Source: Chlorokybus atmophyticus
Lineage: Eukaryota > Plantae > Mesostigma and Chlorokybus algae
NCBI GenBank assembly: GCA_009103225.1
Contig: RHPI01001517.1
Span: 198,505-262,504 of the forward strand
Reading direction: 5' to 3'
Length of the DNA: 64,000 nt
Made by a program: the position numbers and the translations under genes. Shown piece by piece: positions 35,446 to 48,723 of this stretch. Each line of letters opens with the position of its first letter. Within the stretch, counting starts at the first letter, position 1. The notes under the pieces were generated by a model. It worked only from the letters and a program-made list of their open reading frames with translations, was not told where the DNA came from and did no database searches.

Positions 35446-36713
35446 TCAAGCCGTGATCTCCACGCGCTTCACCATTGCAAGAGAGCGAGGGCCAATGGGA
35501 CCCGCGGGTGAAGGACCCCTGAAGCCAGGAACGACCTGATCGTCCACGCACCAGTGAAATGGTGCCATGCGGCCGCTCTCTCGACACATGCTACAGAGCT
35601 TGCATGCTTTTCCTTTACTGCTCAAGCTGCTGGCTGTGCCCGAGTGCAGCGAGATGGGAAGAGTGGTGCTCGGCCGCGCGATGGGTGCCATGGATGTTGC
35701 AATGGCGCTGAATGGTCTGATGCTGGGTGTGACAGCTGGCACAGACCTGGGAGGCTCGATGACCTCTGGAGGCGCGGGAGTTGCAGCTGCTGCTGGTTTA
35801 GCACTTGCAGGGGGAGCAATGGGAGAGGGCATGGCGGCTAGGCGAGGTGTCACACTGTCATGCGTGGAACTCCGTCCCATGTCAGGAGATAATTGGCGAG
35901 CAGCAGGCGAACTGGAAGCGGCAGGTGTGGGGAGACTGCGGGTACTTGGGCTGAAATCGGAAGCTTCTCGCCTCACATTGATGGGTGGCGGCCGCAACTC
36001 AGCTCGAATGGCAGCGGCAGCCTGAGCAATGGATGACGGTACAGCAGAAGGCCTTGAAGGAGCAGGTAGCAACCTTGGTGATAAGTCCACAGCATGCAAG
36101 AAGCTTCTTAATGATGACTCTGGACTTGAAGCTTGATGCGGGGACGAGTTGCTTCTTGGTGACGATGAGTCAGAGCCGTCATCATTCTGCTCCTTGTCTT
36201 CCTTGTCTTCACTCTCAAATGATGATCGCTTAGAGCGTCCTGCAGTCTTCCGATCCTTCTTTGACTTCTTCACTGATATCAAGAAATGCGCATCTCGTTC
36301 TTTGCTTGGGTTGTGCTGGTTCAAGATGATGCAGAAATTCGTGTTCTCATTGATGGGAAGCTTCTGCTTCTTTTCCTGCACAATGTCAACAGTTGATGCT
36401 CGCCCACATCTGGCAGTAACACATACTGCTGTGGCAGCAATGGCAAGAATAGCGTAGCCTACACAGACCCTCACTTATGCAGCTATGCTAGCCCCAACAC
36501 GCTTCACATTCAAGTGCATACCTGACCGTCACTGCCACTGCGACGGCAAACAAAGACAGCAGACAGGTTCTGAGCTGGCAGGCCTGTCTTCTGCGCCATA
36601 AGTTGCTGGAAGCGTTTGTAGGTGAGCACTCCATGTATGCCAATAACGCCTTTGTCATGGTCCTTCTCACCATCGTTGAATAGGCATAGGTAAGGTGTTG
36701 CAAAACTCTCCAT
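35446..36713 (-). CDS. Plant-conserved uncharacterised protein (N-terminal domain resembling DUF7138) with Ser/Pro-rich tail
   Basis: Exon 1 MESFATPYLCLFNDGEKDHDKGVIGIHGVLTYKRFQQLMAQKTGL...|; exon 2 EKKQKLPINENTNF...KERDAHFLISVKKS. Recalled similarity to land-plant FFDGE...FK.FQ..LS.KIG...IPI....NF...EKDC.FLVVLKRS proteins. Confidence 0.65.
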
Positions 36714-39700
36714 GGCTGCAGGTTGACAGCTACTCACAAGGACTTTCAGTCACGCTTTTTGCGGCAATGGGCAACATCAACCTGTCACGCAAGCTGATCA
36801 GATATGCTAGCACACTCTCGCAAACCATCCTTCCGAGTGTACAACACCCCCTTCTGTTTCACAACCTAGCACGCAAAACGCCTAGCATGCATGACAGCTA
36901 CTTCATGCACAGTGCCATGACAATTGTATGTAACTTCAGGAAGCAGCCTAGCAAGCTGGATGCTGCTCCAAAGCAGTGCATGTTTGCTGAAGTACTGCTT
37001 TGCTGAGCAGTTGCCAGATACCAACAACATACTACGCAGATTCAAGGGAGGACAGTTCTGCCCATGCGTGTTGACCTGCAACTACGTACTTACTATGTGA
37101 CAGCTCGCACAGGGCACAGCCAATGACAAGTCCAGTAGACTGACAAACTGAAAAAGGGTGCATGCGCATGATTCCCACAGGCAGGTACGTTGACAGCGCT
37201 TGCCAACCCAGGACCCACGACGAGCTGTATGCCAGCGCTGCGTTCATGTGCGAAGCCGTGCACAGCTGACACTGAGTGAAACCCTAACCTACAACAGCAC
37301 GTAGTCTCGTGCACGGTATTCACAATGCTTGGTCTGATCTGTCGCATGGCTGCTTGCCCTAACAGCGGTGGCCAGTCCAGCAGGTACTGCGCTGCTGCTT
37401 GAGATGGGTGAAGCTCTCAGACCAAACAACGCATCAAGTAGCGTGCAAACCTAAGCACAACCAAGTACATATATACGACACAGCCTTGGACGATGCTAGC
37501 AGCTACCCATGACATGAGTGTGTTGCGCAGCAAGCATTGGCAGCTCAGTCAGCGGTCCGTACCGTGCAGTCCCCACCCTCGTTGCTGAGTAGCAGGGCAA
37601 CAGCGCATTGCAGGTCACCACAGACACAACGTGCCTACCAACAGAAAAACCGAAGCTAGCTATGCCTGCCCAGCTGCCCTACGCTACAACCTCAAGCAGC
37701 AGAAGCTTACAGCTGAGCCAAGCCTAAGCCAGGCCCAGGCCCAAAGAGTGTACCTGGCGAAAGGGGGAAGCAACAGCTCAGCAGCGCACGCACAATCCAC
37801 GACTCCCAAAAGCTGCGGATGGCAAATGCGCAGGCCACCGCCGCCTACAACACCCACAACCGCAGCGACAACGACGCCCGCTATTGCCTCAAAGGAAGGA
37901 ATATGCATAAAAGAAGAATTGTAGCATTCCGCGGAATTTAGTTTAACTTGCGCTCACAGCAAGCCGGTGGGATTCTCTTCCCGCTTCACTCTGGCTTCCT
38001 GTGCTTCCTGTGCTTTGCGAAGGGGTTTAAAATCATGCAACCGGGCACATCAGCGTGTCATCAACGTCGGTCATGCCACAACTCATGACCGCTGCAGCCA
38101 ATGCTCTATATACTCATGAAGCCGCCATACGTCGGTGTAATACCGGCGCATGGCTGGTCTGATAGACCTGCTGCGATAGACCTGTTGAAAGATGCGCTTT
38201 TCTTCCTTTGACGCGTTGGATGCGGATTCTCTCTCTCTCTCACGCAGCAAACTTTATAGACCGTCTTGATGCTCAGCATGTTTACTTAACGGCAGGCCTG
38301 AAAGCCCCCATCAAAAGTTCTGGGCAGTGCGAGAATTGCCGCGTCTCGGCCTGCCAAACCCCGGCTACCCCGGCTATGTGCTATTGCCAACGGTGAAATT
38401 TATCTCCATGGCCTGCAGCAGGCAGCGCGGTAACTGTACCTCACAGAACTCGGTTAGTCAACCTGCTTGTGGTGACTGACTTTGATTAGCGCGCAGTTTA
38501 GCGGTGAAGACTAGATAACCTTGATGCTGACTCGAAACGCTCGGCCTGTTTTGAAACGCTCATGTCGCCTGTCGGTTGTGCCCTGACTCAGGCAATGATC
38601 ACAATGCATTGCAGTGGAAACAATATGGTCAGCCCCCTCGTAATCTGGGGAGACACAAACGCCTGGAACACGTGTCTCGAGCCTAGTACGGTACCCACGC
38701 ACTCGCTCGATTTGTGACACGCGTTAGTCTCTCGGTACGATTCCGCGTGCAGGCGTGTTCCGACCAATACGCGTCAAGTTCATGTCGGTTTATAGCACCT
38801 AACTCGTCGGCGCACGCGTCTGCAGAAGCGTGCTGTGGTGCATAAGACTCTGCGAATGTGAGATGCCTGCTGTGGTGCATTGGAAGCAACCACAAACAAT
38901 AGACCATACCAACACAAACCAGAAGTTGTGGTCCATACTTCGTGCATACTGCATCATGTAACAAAGGCATATACCGGTACGCTTCCCCATGTAATATATG
39001 TAAAGATTGCATGAACGCACACAAACACACTCATAGCCTACGAGTGTGTTTGTGTGCATATGAGTCATATGCAGCAAAGCGGTTTAATTAAGGCTGGGGC
39101 ATGGCATAATCAACGGCACCAACCATGTGCATACAGTGGGGCGGAGAAGCAGCAACCAGTGCACAACAGATAGCATGAGAAAGTAGCCGACCATTGCGCA
39201 GGCGCCGAAAGTTATAATATTCTGGTCAGAATAGCGGTAGACCAAGTCGCATACATGTTAGGACGGAGGGGCCACAATGCTTAAGTATACGGTATAGAAC
39301 GTGGTATGCCATGCACAAACATGCGTGCACAAGTCTGCAAGACGTCACAAGTGAAGACACATCAATGTGTCCCTACTCGTGAACTCGGCATGTGTGATCG
39401 TGCATGCACGCATTCCTCATTCCTTCTTTTATACACTTCACTGCCTATATTCACAAGAAAACCCACTTACTATCAAATCTGCAGATTGGGCTATTAGCGA
39501 GATTGTAAAACCATGCGCGCAATATCCCCATACATTACCTTGCGCATATTCTGTACAGTAATGACAGTAACAATACGATGACTCCAGCAAAGCAATACTT
39601 GGTATGCGTCTCAAACAATTTGTTTCATATTATAATGTGTATTTTATCACTTTCAATATGTCATCACGGTTTGCAATTCAGTACGTTAATTTGATAATTG

Positions 39701-40348
39701 ATAACACACATCAACATACACATATAGTTATTTGCTATAACCATGTATGTACGACTTTCTTGTGTTTTTTGATCATATCCAGCGCGTACGTAGCTGCCTA
39801 TTCAGTGCACGCACGCCGCAAGTTATTCTAATTACAACATATTGTTAGTGTTACAAGCATTATGCACAGCTTAATTGATAACAATATTCAACAAAGAAAG
39901 TCTCAACATTGACAAATGTACAGCTGATGTATTATAGTGTTGGATTGACATGCTTGTCATTGTATGTTAGTGTTGCATCATCATTATCTTGTGTAATATG
40001 GTACCCATAAACTCCATAAGCTGGTGCACTTTTGCAAACACTGAGAGGACGAGGACTATTCCAAAGTTGTAATGTTTTCACAATCTTGATACATTATTAA
40101 ACAAGCACATCAAGCAACGATTGTTACCACCTCGCATGCACTTGAGGTATACAGAGTTGATGTACACATGGCCGCCAACAGTAGCACCAAACATTGAAAG
40201 CACTGCAAGTGGCAACCGCATAAGCTCTAATCAACAGACTTCACACAACCAAATAATTCTTGCAACCCAATGTGGGCTTTTCAAGTTGGACAAACTCCAA
40301 CCATCTAGCTGCAACCTAGCTGCAACCTATGAAAGAACTCATCCCCAA

Positions 40349-40789
40349 CTATTGCGCGTCAGTTTGCTTACTTGACTGTGGCATCGTGCTTGCGGTTGCC
40401 ATTTGCTGCTGCTGCTGCTGCTGCTCAGGTTGATGTTGTTGCTGTGCCTGCTGCAATTTGGCAGCAACCTCCTCCTCTTCCTCATCCTTCATACTCCTTG
40501 TCAACTCATCAAAGTACTCCGTGTTTGCCAGTATGCACTCTTGCATAGCTTTGAACTTCTCAATGCAGTCCACACCCTGCCAGCGCAAACCCATATATAA
40601 CATTCTGGTTTGTCTGTCCTGACCAAGCAACACATGCGCAAACCAGCACGCACGCACATACATACTCACGCCCACGCCCCCATATACATGTGCGCAGACG
40701 CACACAAACGCAAGCGTGAGCGCAGGCGCGCACTCATGCACATGCGTGCTGTCATATGCAGGCACATACGCAGACACACGCAAACACAC

Positions 40790-40848
<59 letters not shown>

Positions 40849-40908
40849 CAACTNNNNNNNNNNNNNNNNNNNNNNNNNNNNNNNNNNNNNNNNNNNNNNN
40901 NNNNNNNN

Positions 40909-40989
<81 letters not shown>

Positions 40990-41804
40990 CAACTCGCACC
41001 TGGGGTGTTTCATCTGAGCGCAAGTAGCATGCAAACGCGCCCAAGAACACTTCTCCACAGGGGCTGTTCCTCATGTCCGCCACACACGGGCAGTCCAGAG
41101 CCTCCTGCACCCGAGCCTCCTTCTCTTCAGGAGTCAGCTGTTGGTGCAAAGAGATAGAACAGAGCTGAGCCATGGTTGATAGCTCAATTGTCGAAAGCAG
41201 CGGCTGGTGTCGCCTCTTGGACGCGGTGAAGCATAGCCACGACTTGAAATGCTCTTGTTAACAATACCGTACATGGTACAGCATGCATGTGCAGAAAAAC
41301 AAAGTGCAGCATTTGCCACAATTTTGGGCTGATATTCTAGGCAGTCTGTGCTCATGCAAAGACTGCCGAACACGAGCAGTTTTGCTACTATCTGCTGCTC
41401 TTGACAAGACTGCCTTTATCCAAAGTTACCTAGGAAACAGACGTGAAAGGAGTCGCAACAGCTCGAGCATACAGCTCAAACCCTTACCGCTTTGCTGAGA
41501 GCAAACGCCACAGCCAACCTAGCAACACACCTAGCCGTCAAGCTGTAAAAAGACAGTGCATGCCTACAGTACATCAACAGTACGCACAGCTTAGCATGCT
41601 GAGATTGTCACTGACGGACCACGAAATCCATCATTAAGAGTGCAAGGAGAGTCAGTCACAAGCCAACTAGCAAGCAAGCACGCATGCGAGAAGCAAGTGA
41701 GCAAGCAGCCAGCTTGACTGCTGTCTAATGACCTGGTTGCTGTCGTCTGCTTCACCGTCGCCTCCTTTCCTGGCCTCCTTGGCCAAAGCATCCAGCGCCT
41801 CCAT
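40349..41804 (-). CDS. MIA40: Mitochondrial intermembrane space import oxidoreductase MIA40/CHCHD4
   Basis: MEALDALAKEA...|LTPEEKEARVQEALDCPCVADMRNSPCGEVFLGAFACYLRS...|GVDCIEKFKAMQECILAN has the CPC motif plus twin CX9C. An additional 5' exon is possible. Confidence 0.92.
40796..40984. repeat. (GA)n microsatellite flanking an assembly gap, in a MIA40 intron
   Basis: Long GA runs on both sides of N stretch ~40854-40908. Confidence 0.9.
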
Positions 41805-42339
41805 GGCTAAGACTATGACCTACCACCCACGAGTTGAGCAAACGTAACGACGACGAAGACAATCACAACGACCACCACAACGACGAGTTGGCTGATTTAT
41901 GCTGCATAAGCAGCTAGCCCTAACGAGCTGCGGCGGAGCAGGCGGTGGGGTTGGCCCCGGGGTGGGTCGTTGTCATCTTTGTCGTGTCGCAGGGCCAAGG
42001 GCGGCTGACCTTCACAATGATTCTTAGGCGGCCCGCCTTGAGCTAGCAGCAGGCGCTTGGCAGCCTGCCAGCATGAGGCTGTTTCGGGTTTTTGCCGCGG
42101 CGTTGGCTCTTGTGCTTGGCAGCCTGCTTGTCTCACAGGTAGTAACAGCAGTTGCTTTGCAGCTGTTCTGGGCTGCCTGGCCTGTTGTTTCGCAGCAAGT
42201 CACTTGTTGTGAGTGCTTTTGCGAGGAGTGCAGCTGCCCTTGCTGGCAGCGTGTGCTGTGTTGCACAACTCAAGTGCATCTTGAGATATGCAGCGTCAAA
42301 TCGCTTTGACAGAAAATGGCTTTACATGTATCATGTAGG

Positions 42340-42596
42340 TATTGTTCACATGTACGCTGTGTGTAATGTAGCCCACCAGGTGGTAACCATCTCCCCTGAT
42401 TGTGGCAAAGGGCCACTTGCAACACTGCAGCACGCCTGCAACCTGCTGCTGTGTGGTATTCTGCAGCATGCTGTTATTGTTCACATGTACACGCTGTGTG
42501 TGTAACTGCAGCCCACGAGGTTGTAACTATCTCCCCAAATTGTGGCAAAGTGCCATTTGCAACACTGCAGCACTCCTGCAATCTGCTGCTGTGTGA
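42340..42596. repeat. Two-copy ~135-bp tandem duplication upstream of the glycosyltransferase
   Basis: GTTCACATGTAC...TGTGGCAAAG...TTGCAACACTGCAGCAC...CTGCTGCTGTGTG occurs twice in tandem with substitutions. Confidence 0.8.
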
Positions 42597-42655
42597 ACGT
42601 TGTGTCATTCTGTTTGTGTGACGGCTGACCTTGTCACGTTCCAGTTTTCAGCATA

Positions 42656-45169
42656 ATGTTTGAAGGTTGTGCCATGTGCTTATGTGCGTCGAATTGCGCA
42701 GTGGGATTCCTGGTTAAAGTGGTGACTATCCTGATTGTCATAGCGTCTAGTGTGTTATTGATGATGTATGTTGCCCAGCTGTTGGTTACAAGGCCGCGCG
42801 TCGCAAGTCACGACAGCGTTGTGAGTGTTGAGAAACCAGATGATGCGCTTCGGACAACAAACACGCTCTCGTTCATTGGAGAACTGCCACGCAAGCCCGA
42901 ATGGCATGAGTGGAACGTTGCGGGCTGGGTGCATGCGCCTCAGGCAAGTTGGTGCCGCTGAATATTTGTCTGCATGGCACGTGGTTCTACATGAAGGCCG
43001 GTGTTTGGCCGTGGCGTTTATCTGTGCTCGTACCTATCTGTCAGCTCTGTGGCTTGGGGTGACTTCATACGGGCAAAGTGCATTCGCCAACAAAGCATGT
43101 TGCCAGTACATGTGGCCCAACTGTAACTGCGCACACGCGCACGCATGCATGCACACACACTTGGGGACATGCGTGCAGGTGCGCATACACATGTTAATCA
43201 CCTATACATCCATGTGCGTGCGTGCGTGCGTGCGCGCGCGCTAGCGCGTGTGCGCCAACACAAGCACAGACGTATGTACACGCACATGTACGCATGCGTG
43301 CATGCGCACACATGTTGATGCCCTAGATGCCATGTATGCGTGCATGCACATCGCTCATATGCTCGCGGGCCAGTGTGCATGCACATGTGTGCTGGTTGCT
43401 CATATCATCGCCTGTGTAACAGGTGCCTGGTGGGCACATGCGAAACCTGTCAATTGCGGAGGGCCTGCTTGCAATGCATCCGCAGCCGCTGGTGTTCACG
43501 CTCATTGTATTTGCATGCAATCGTCCCACCTCGCTCGCACGCCTCCTGAGCTCGCTCGCCAAAGCCGACTACGCCGGTGACATGGTGCACCTGGAGATCA
43601 TCATCGACAGGTTGGCTGCCTTGGCATGCGTGCTTGCGTGCATGTGTGCGTGTGTGGAGGTGCTTGATTGCGTCGCACTAGGCATGGGAACAATGACTCA
43701 TTCAACACAGTCTTCAAAAATTTTCAGCTTGTATGGCTCCAGTGATTCAAAGCTTAATGGCTCATCAACTCATGGGTAAAAGAGGTTGCAGGACCCACTC
43801 GCCAGTTGCAGCATGCCAGGTCGTTGTTGTGATTATGATGAGAACTAGGTTGATATTGCTAGCATGAATGCCATTGTGTGTGGCAATGTCAACGTTGTTG
43901 TCGTTGTTGTGAGTATGTGCGTCGCCATTATGCTACCGCTGTCATCAACAACTTCAAGAACGCGAATGGTGTTGATGTCAGTGCTGTATCACATATGGCA
44001 CAGGGTGCCTGAGTATGCACATCCGAGTCCAAGCAGTACAGACTGACTCCTCTTGGTTTCGGCTATTGGCACAAAGTGTGCCTTGCAGCTTGTACACAAC
44101 ACTGTTGACACCCAACATCTCCATTGCAATGTTGGCCAACAGCTCCCCAACTTTTCCAGGTGCACGCCCGCAAGCGCAAGAAAAAGCAGCCGCGACCTCG
44201 CACTGGGGTATGAGTGGCCACACGGACACAAGTCCATCCATTACAGGTAGGACGGTGTTGCTTTCTGTGTTGTATTCTTGCAGGATGTTGTTATGTGTAC
44301 GGACCTGCCTGTTACCATGTATACAATGAGGGCTCTGGGAGATGATACGCTTCACTCACTGGCTTCAGGTCAAAGGCAGCTGGCTTAAGGCTCACTTGGC
44401 TGGAGGCTTGGCTCCCACTGTCCAAGAATCAGATAGCTATCTTCCTTGAGGATGACATGGAAGTCAGGTATGCATACACTCGCAGTCGTCAGCTTCAGCA
44501 AATCCCGTATATGCTTCCTTTATCATTAGCTTGCTGTTTCTACATATTGCATATGTATCTTGTGCTGACATGGTTGCGGCTGGTTGCAGCTGGCAATTCT
44601 ACTTGTTTGCGAAAGAAGTAATCGTAGAGTACTATCAGAGGCAAAGCGACCCCGGTTTCGGTCTGTTTTGCTTGCACCCGTACGCGCTTCCTAACCTGGC
44701 GGCTCCATTCTATAAGAGCATTACCGCGTGCAGTTGGGGCACAGTAATGCTGCCAACAACGTGGCGCAGCTTCATGGAGTGGGTTAACAGAAAGATGAAA
44801 ATTCCCGACTTTAAACCTGCGCTGCCGGGCGACTTCAACGGCACATTCGTGCGGGCAGATCAGCTCAATAACTGGGTCAAAGCTGAGCGGGACATATGGT
44901 CGCCATGGTTCTATAACTTCATACACGATGCGGGCAACATTTACACGGTGACTTATTGTTTTGATAAGTGCACGACGGGTTTTGCTATCAACCATCAGGA
45001 GGCAGGAGAGAACTATGACAAGACCCAAGGGCCTAATGGATGGGCATTGAGCCCCAAACCGCTTCGCGAATATTACACGCAGTTGCCTTCGCTGTCATCA
45101 CTAGTGCTGAGAACAGATGCCATCTGGCTTAGAGGGCCATGCACGCCGTCCAAGTGCCCGGAGAGGTGA
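42656..45169 (+). CDS. GT-A fold glycosyltransferase (Arabidopsis At5g12260-like), type II membrane protein
   Basis: N-terminal TM; LIVFACNRPTSLARLLSSLAKADY...HLEIIID; WPHGHKSIHYR; GLRLTWLEAW.P...IFLEDDMEVS; CSWGTVMLPTTWRSF; IWSPWF; NHQEAGENYDKTQGP. Confidence 0.85.
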
Positions 45170-46242
45170 AATTGTGTGTTGCGCGAAAAGCGTAACAACA
45201 TAGGTTGTGCGTTGTACATTGTACCAAAGCTTGGCTAGTGTAGTAAGAATGTAGCATGCTGCCCGGTATTAAATTTTAGATTGCATTATCGCCTCTAAAA
45301 GTGTTGATCTGTGATACCTTTCCAGTGTTTGTGCTCAATTAAACGAGTTCAGTCAGCAACACTTTTGGTGGTTGGCGGCTGCAGCAACAGCAGCTTGACA
45401 CATATTACAACATTTCCAGCATCCCCCATCATTGGTCAACACGTAAAGAGATGTTGAGTATGCTAAGCGTAATGTGCCAGCAATGCAGCATGTAAGCCTC
45501 TAAGAACACTTGCGAATACATGCCACTCAAGTCTAGAGAGTGTTATCACAAACGAAACTGGCTGTTGCTCAATCAGCGAAGAACAACGATTCACATGCAT
45601 GAGCACGTGTGTATACTGGGCAGGCAGCTCCACATGCACGTGTGTGTACAAGAGATGGTATGCTATGGTAAGCACGTGCATGGTGTGAAGCAAACCGCAC
45701 AACATGCCTGATGCCAGCAGGTATGATACAGCGCTCCGCACACAGCCCATTGCAACCGTCAGTTATATCACCAGTCCACAACCGGGCTACTACTAACTAT
45801 ATCTCTCACACTGACACTATCCCCCTCTAGCAGCGGTGCACCAAAGGTCCGGCTGGATGTGACACTCAACCAAGCCTATGCGCGTCAGTTTACGTTGCGT
45901 ACACAATCTGAAAACACAAATACGTGCATGCGGGCGCAGTTGGACTTCCGTACCGTCATGGAAGGTGACAGCCTGTTTTGCTGGTGCGGTGTGATACTGC
46001 GCTGCCACAGACAGTTCTATTTATAAGCAGCTGAGGAACACACCTGCATGTACCTTTATACTGAATAATAGCGTCAACTCCATTCCCTCGACCGCTACGA
46101 GCAGTGTGAGGTAAATCCAATGGCCTACTTACTGTATTGCAACAATTCTGCATGACATTGTGACATGCATTACAAACACAAGTCCCCAATCCAAAAAATG
46201 CCTAAACAACAGTTACACGCTCATTTTTTAACTCTCACGCTG

Positions 46243-48450
46243 TCATGAATGCGCTTCAGTAAGTGTGATGTCCTCCTTGCTCGCTTGGACGGCAACGGCA
46301 ATGGCATCCAGATGCCTCTTGAGGTTGCTTCCCATGAACACCGCCTTCATGGCACCGTCATACACACTCAACGGCTCCAGAGTGAGGCGCCCGCCAACCA
46401 AGTTGAATAGATGAAACTGTACATACCCACATATCAGTCTCGAGTAAAGCAACAACAAAGCCATGTACGTACCGATTGTTGTTTGTTGTCGTTGGCGCCA
46501 ACATCATGCCCACTGTCATCGTAGCCTTTGAACTTGACTAAACCCTTTGCTCTGTACACTTCATCAGCTGGAAGTGCTTTGAGCGAGTTCATGAAGTTTG
46601 CTTCGTCCAACTCTTGTGTGGAAGAACTCCTATCAAACACCTGCAATACGTCTACTTCGCGCGCGTGGTGATCAACATCTTGATGTTCACTCAACAGCGT
46701 GTATCTTGAGAGCTGCGTGTCTAAGCCAAACACCAAGTCGGCGCTGACTCTCCCCTTGTCTGTTCGAACCTGATACACATATCATAAAGTTCAGTACACT
46801 TGCACATGTTACAAGGAAAAACAATATCGTCTGTTTACCATGGGCGTGTCAGGATTGAGCTCGTACACGTCATCTAGCACGTCGTCCAGCTGGCGCTCGC
46901 TGACAAGCTCTGTTATACATCAACGATGTTACAATATGCGCAATAAAAGCCAAAGGACAAACATGTTGCAAGCACATACTCACAATACCATGCTTGTTGA
47001 TGAGCAGAAGGTCTGTGTACTTCGCTTGCAGCTTTGCCGTGGAGCTCTGTATAGCAGAGCCAAGACATGTAGCAGGTAAGAGCATCGAAACACAGGAGCG
47101 CGCACACACACAACTTCTACTATGTCCGTGGCTGTGTGGAGGTATGCACACACATGCACAAGGGGGAAGCGCCCACCTTGTCATCATATCCTTTGAAGTT
47201 CAGGACGTCTATCACGGTGACAATGCCATCCAATCTCAACACTGACTCATGCTTCTGGACCTGCATGCACAAAGTTAAGCTACATGCAGACATAACATTC
47301 ACATGTGGACACGCAAACACGTACACATAGCATCCGCATGTACACCAGCATGCATACATGCAAAGCACCTCCCAAGCGAGGGGTGCAGGGTAAGCTGACC
47401 CGGATGTTTCAACGATGATACGTGCTGGCGCCGGCTCCTGCGTCGCCACCTGCATTGCATTTGGCGTTCATCACCAGCACTTCTGAGCTCACTGGCGCTG
47501 TCAATAGACTACTAGTACTGATCAACATCTTTTCAGTCGGTCATCTAGTCACTCGTTCATGCAATATATCAAAGCATTGAAACTTGCAGCACTTACTTCA
47601 ATGAGTTGTTTCAGTTGATTTTCGATCCTTTGTTCACTCCTTGGTCCTTGAGTCACATCATCAATGACTTGTTCATTTGTTTGTTCATGCAGTATGCAAA
47701 TTGATTCACGCAACTGCTTCCACCCTCTGATCACTATTCCCTTCCTGACCACGGCATGTGCTGAGAGCGTTTGGACATACCTCCAGCAGTGCGCTGCCGA
47801 GTTGGCCAACAAGCACGCAGCACAGGCAACCGTTGAGTATCTCTTGCACCTGCATGCCATATACGCTGTTGTTGCAACCACCACAACGCAACAACACTGC
47901 AACAGCGCATGAAACAGAGTCTTTGCTTTTGCCGCACCGCAATGTTGCTCTCTCGGGCCACTTCAGAGTCTATTTGCATGTCCCCAAACTCGTTCTTGAT
48001 CCAGACAACCTGAGGTTATGATTTGTTGCAATGAGCAGAACTGAAATCTGAGTTCAGAAGCACTTGCCAATTATGCGCATGGTGAGGCAGCCGCTTGTCT
48101 AGCAGCTCAACACGTGTTCAAATCAAGTACAGCACAGTGTGGTATAAGAGTACTGTTTGCATTCTGCTTAACTTGTGCATCAAGCAACAGTAACCAGTAC
48201 GCTTGAGTGCACCACAGTAACAACAGCAAGATTTACATGCCTTGTAGTCGGGTGGCAGCGAGCGCACGAGGTGGCGCACGACAGTGGTCTTGCCGGCGCC
48301 CAAGTACCCCGTCAAAACAGTCACTGGCACCCTACTGCTGGTGCTAGTGGAAGACGAAGCCCCCACTCCGTCACTCCCAGCTGCTCCTGCTTCTGGTCCT
48401 CCTGCTCCTGGTCCAGCTCCTCCTGCTTGCTGCTGCTCACCCTCTCCCAT
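46243..48450 (-). CDS. CobW/COG0523-family (ZNG1-like) metallochaperone GTPase
   Basis: VPVTVLTGYLGAGKTT (Walker A), NEFGD, GCLCC, IIVETSG, LDGIVTVID, LLLINK, and C-terminal VYRAKG CobW_C motif across GT-AG exons. Confidence 0.93.
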
Positions 48451-48723
48451 CCTATCACTGCCGCCACTGGCGCCGCCCCAATCCAGCAGCCACAGCGATA
48501 AGCCCGTAGTCAGCTTGTCGGTAAAGATGCTGTTATCGTTATCGTCGTCGTCGTTGCCGCTGTAGGCGGAACTGTGCCAGTATTTGCCTGCAAGCAGCAG
48601 CGACAGAAGTAGCGGTTGAGCCACGGCTGGTTGTGGGTTGCGTAGTAGTCAACAACCACAGACGTTGCAAAGACGAGGAGGCTGTACATGGTGGGGCATT
48701 GAGCACAACACAGCAAGAAAGCG

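Noticed and set aside
38480-39300. Possible structured ncRNA (U3/MRP/SRP) or membrane-transporter remnant
   Set aside because: No ordered match to recalled consensus boxes; the hydrophobic ORFs are short and interrupted.
40349-41173. ORFs with poly-SL/RE tracts (also 50668-51367 and 56751-57890)
   Set aside because: Read-through of GA microsatellites and N gaps, not real coding sequence.
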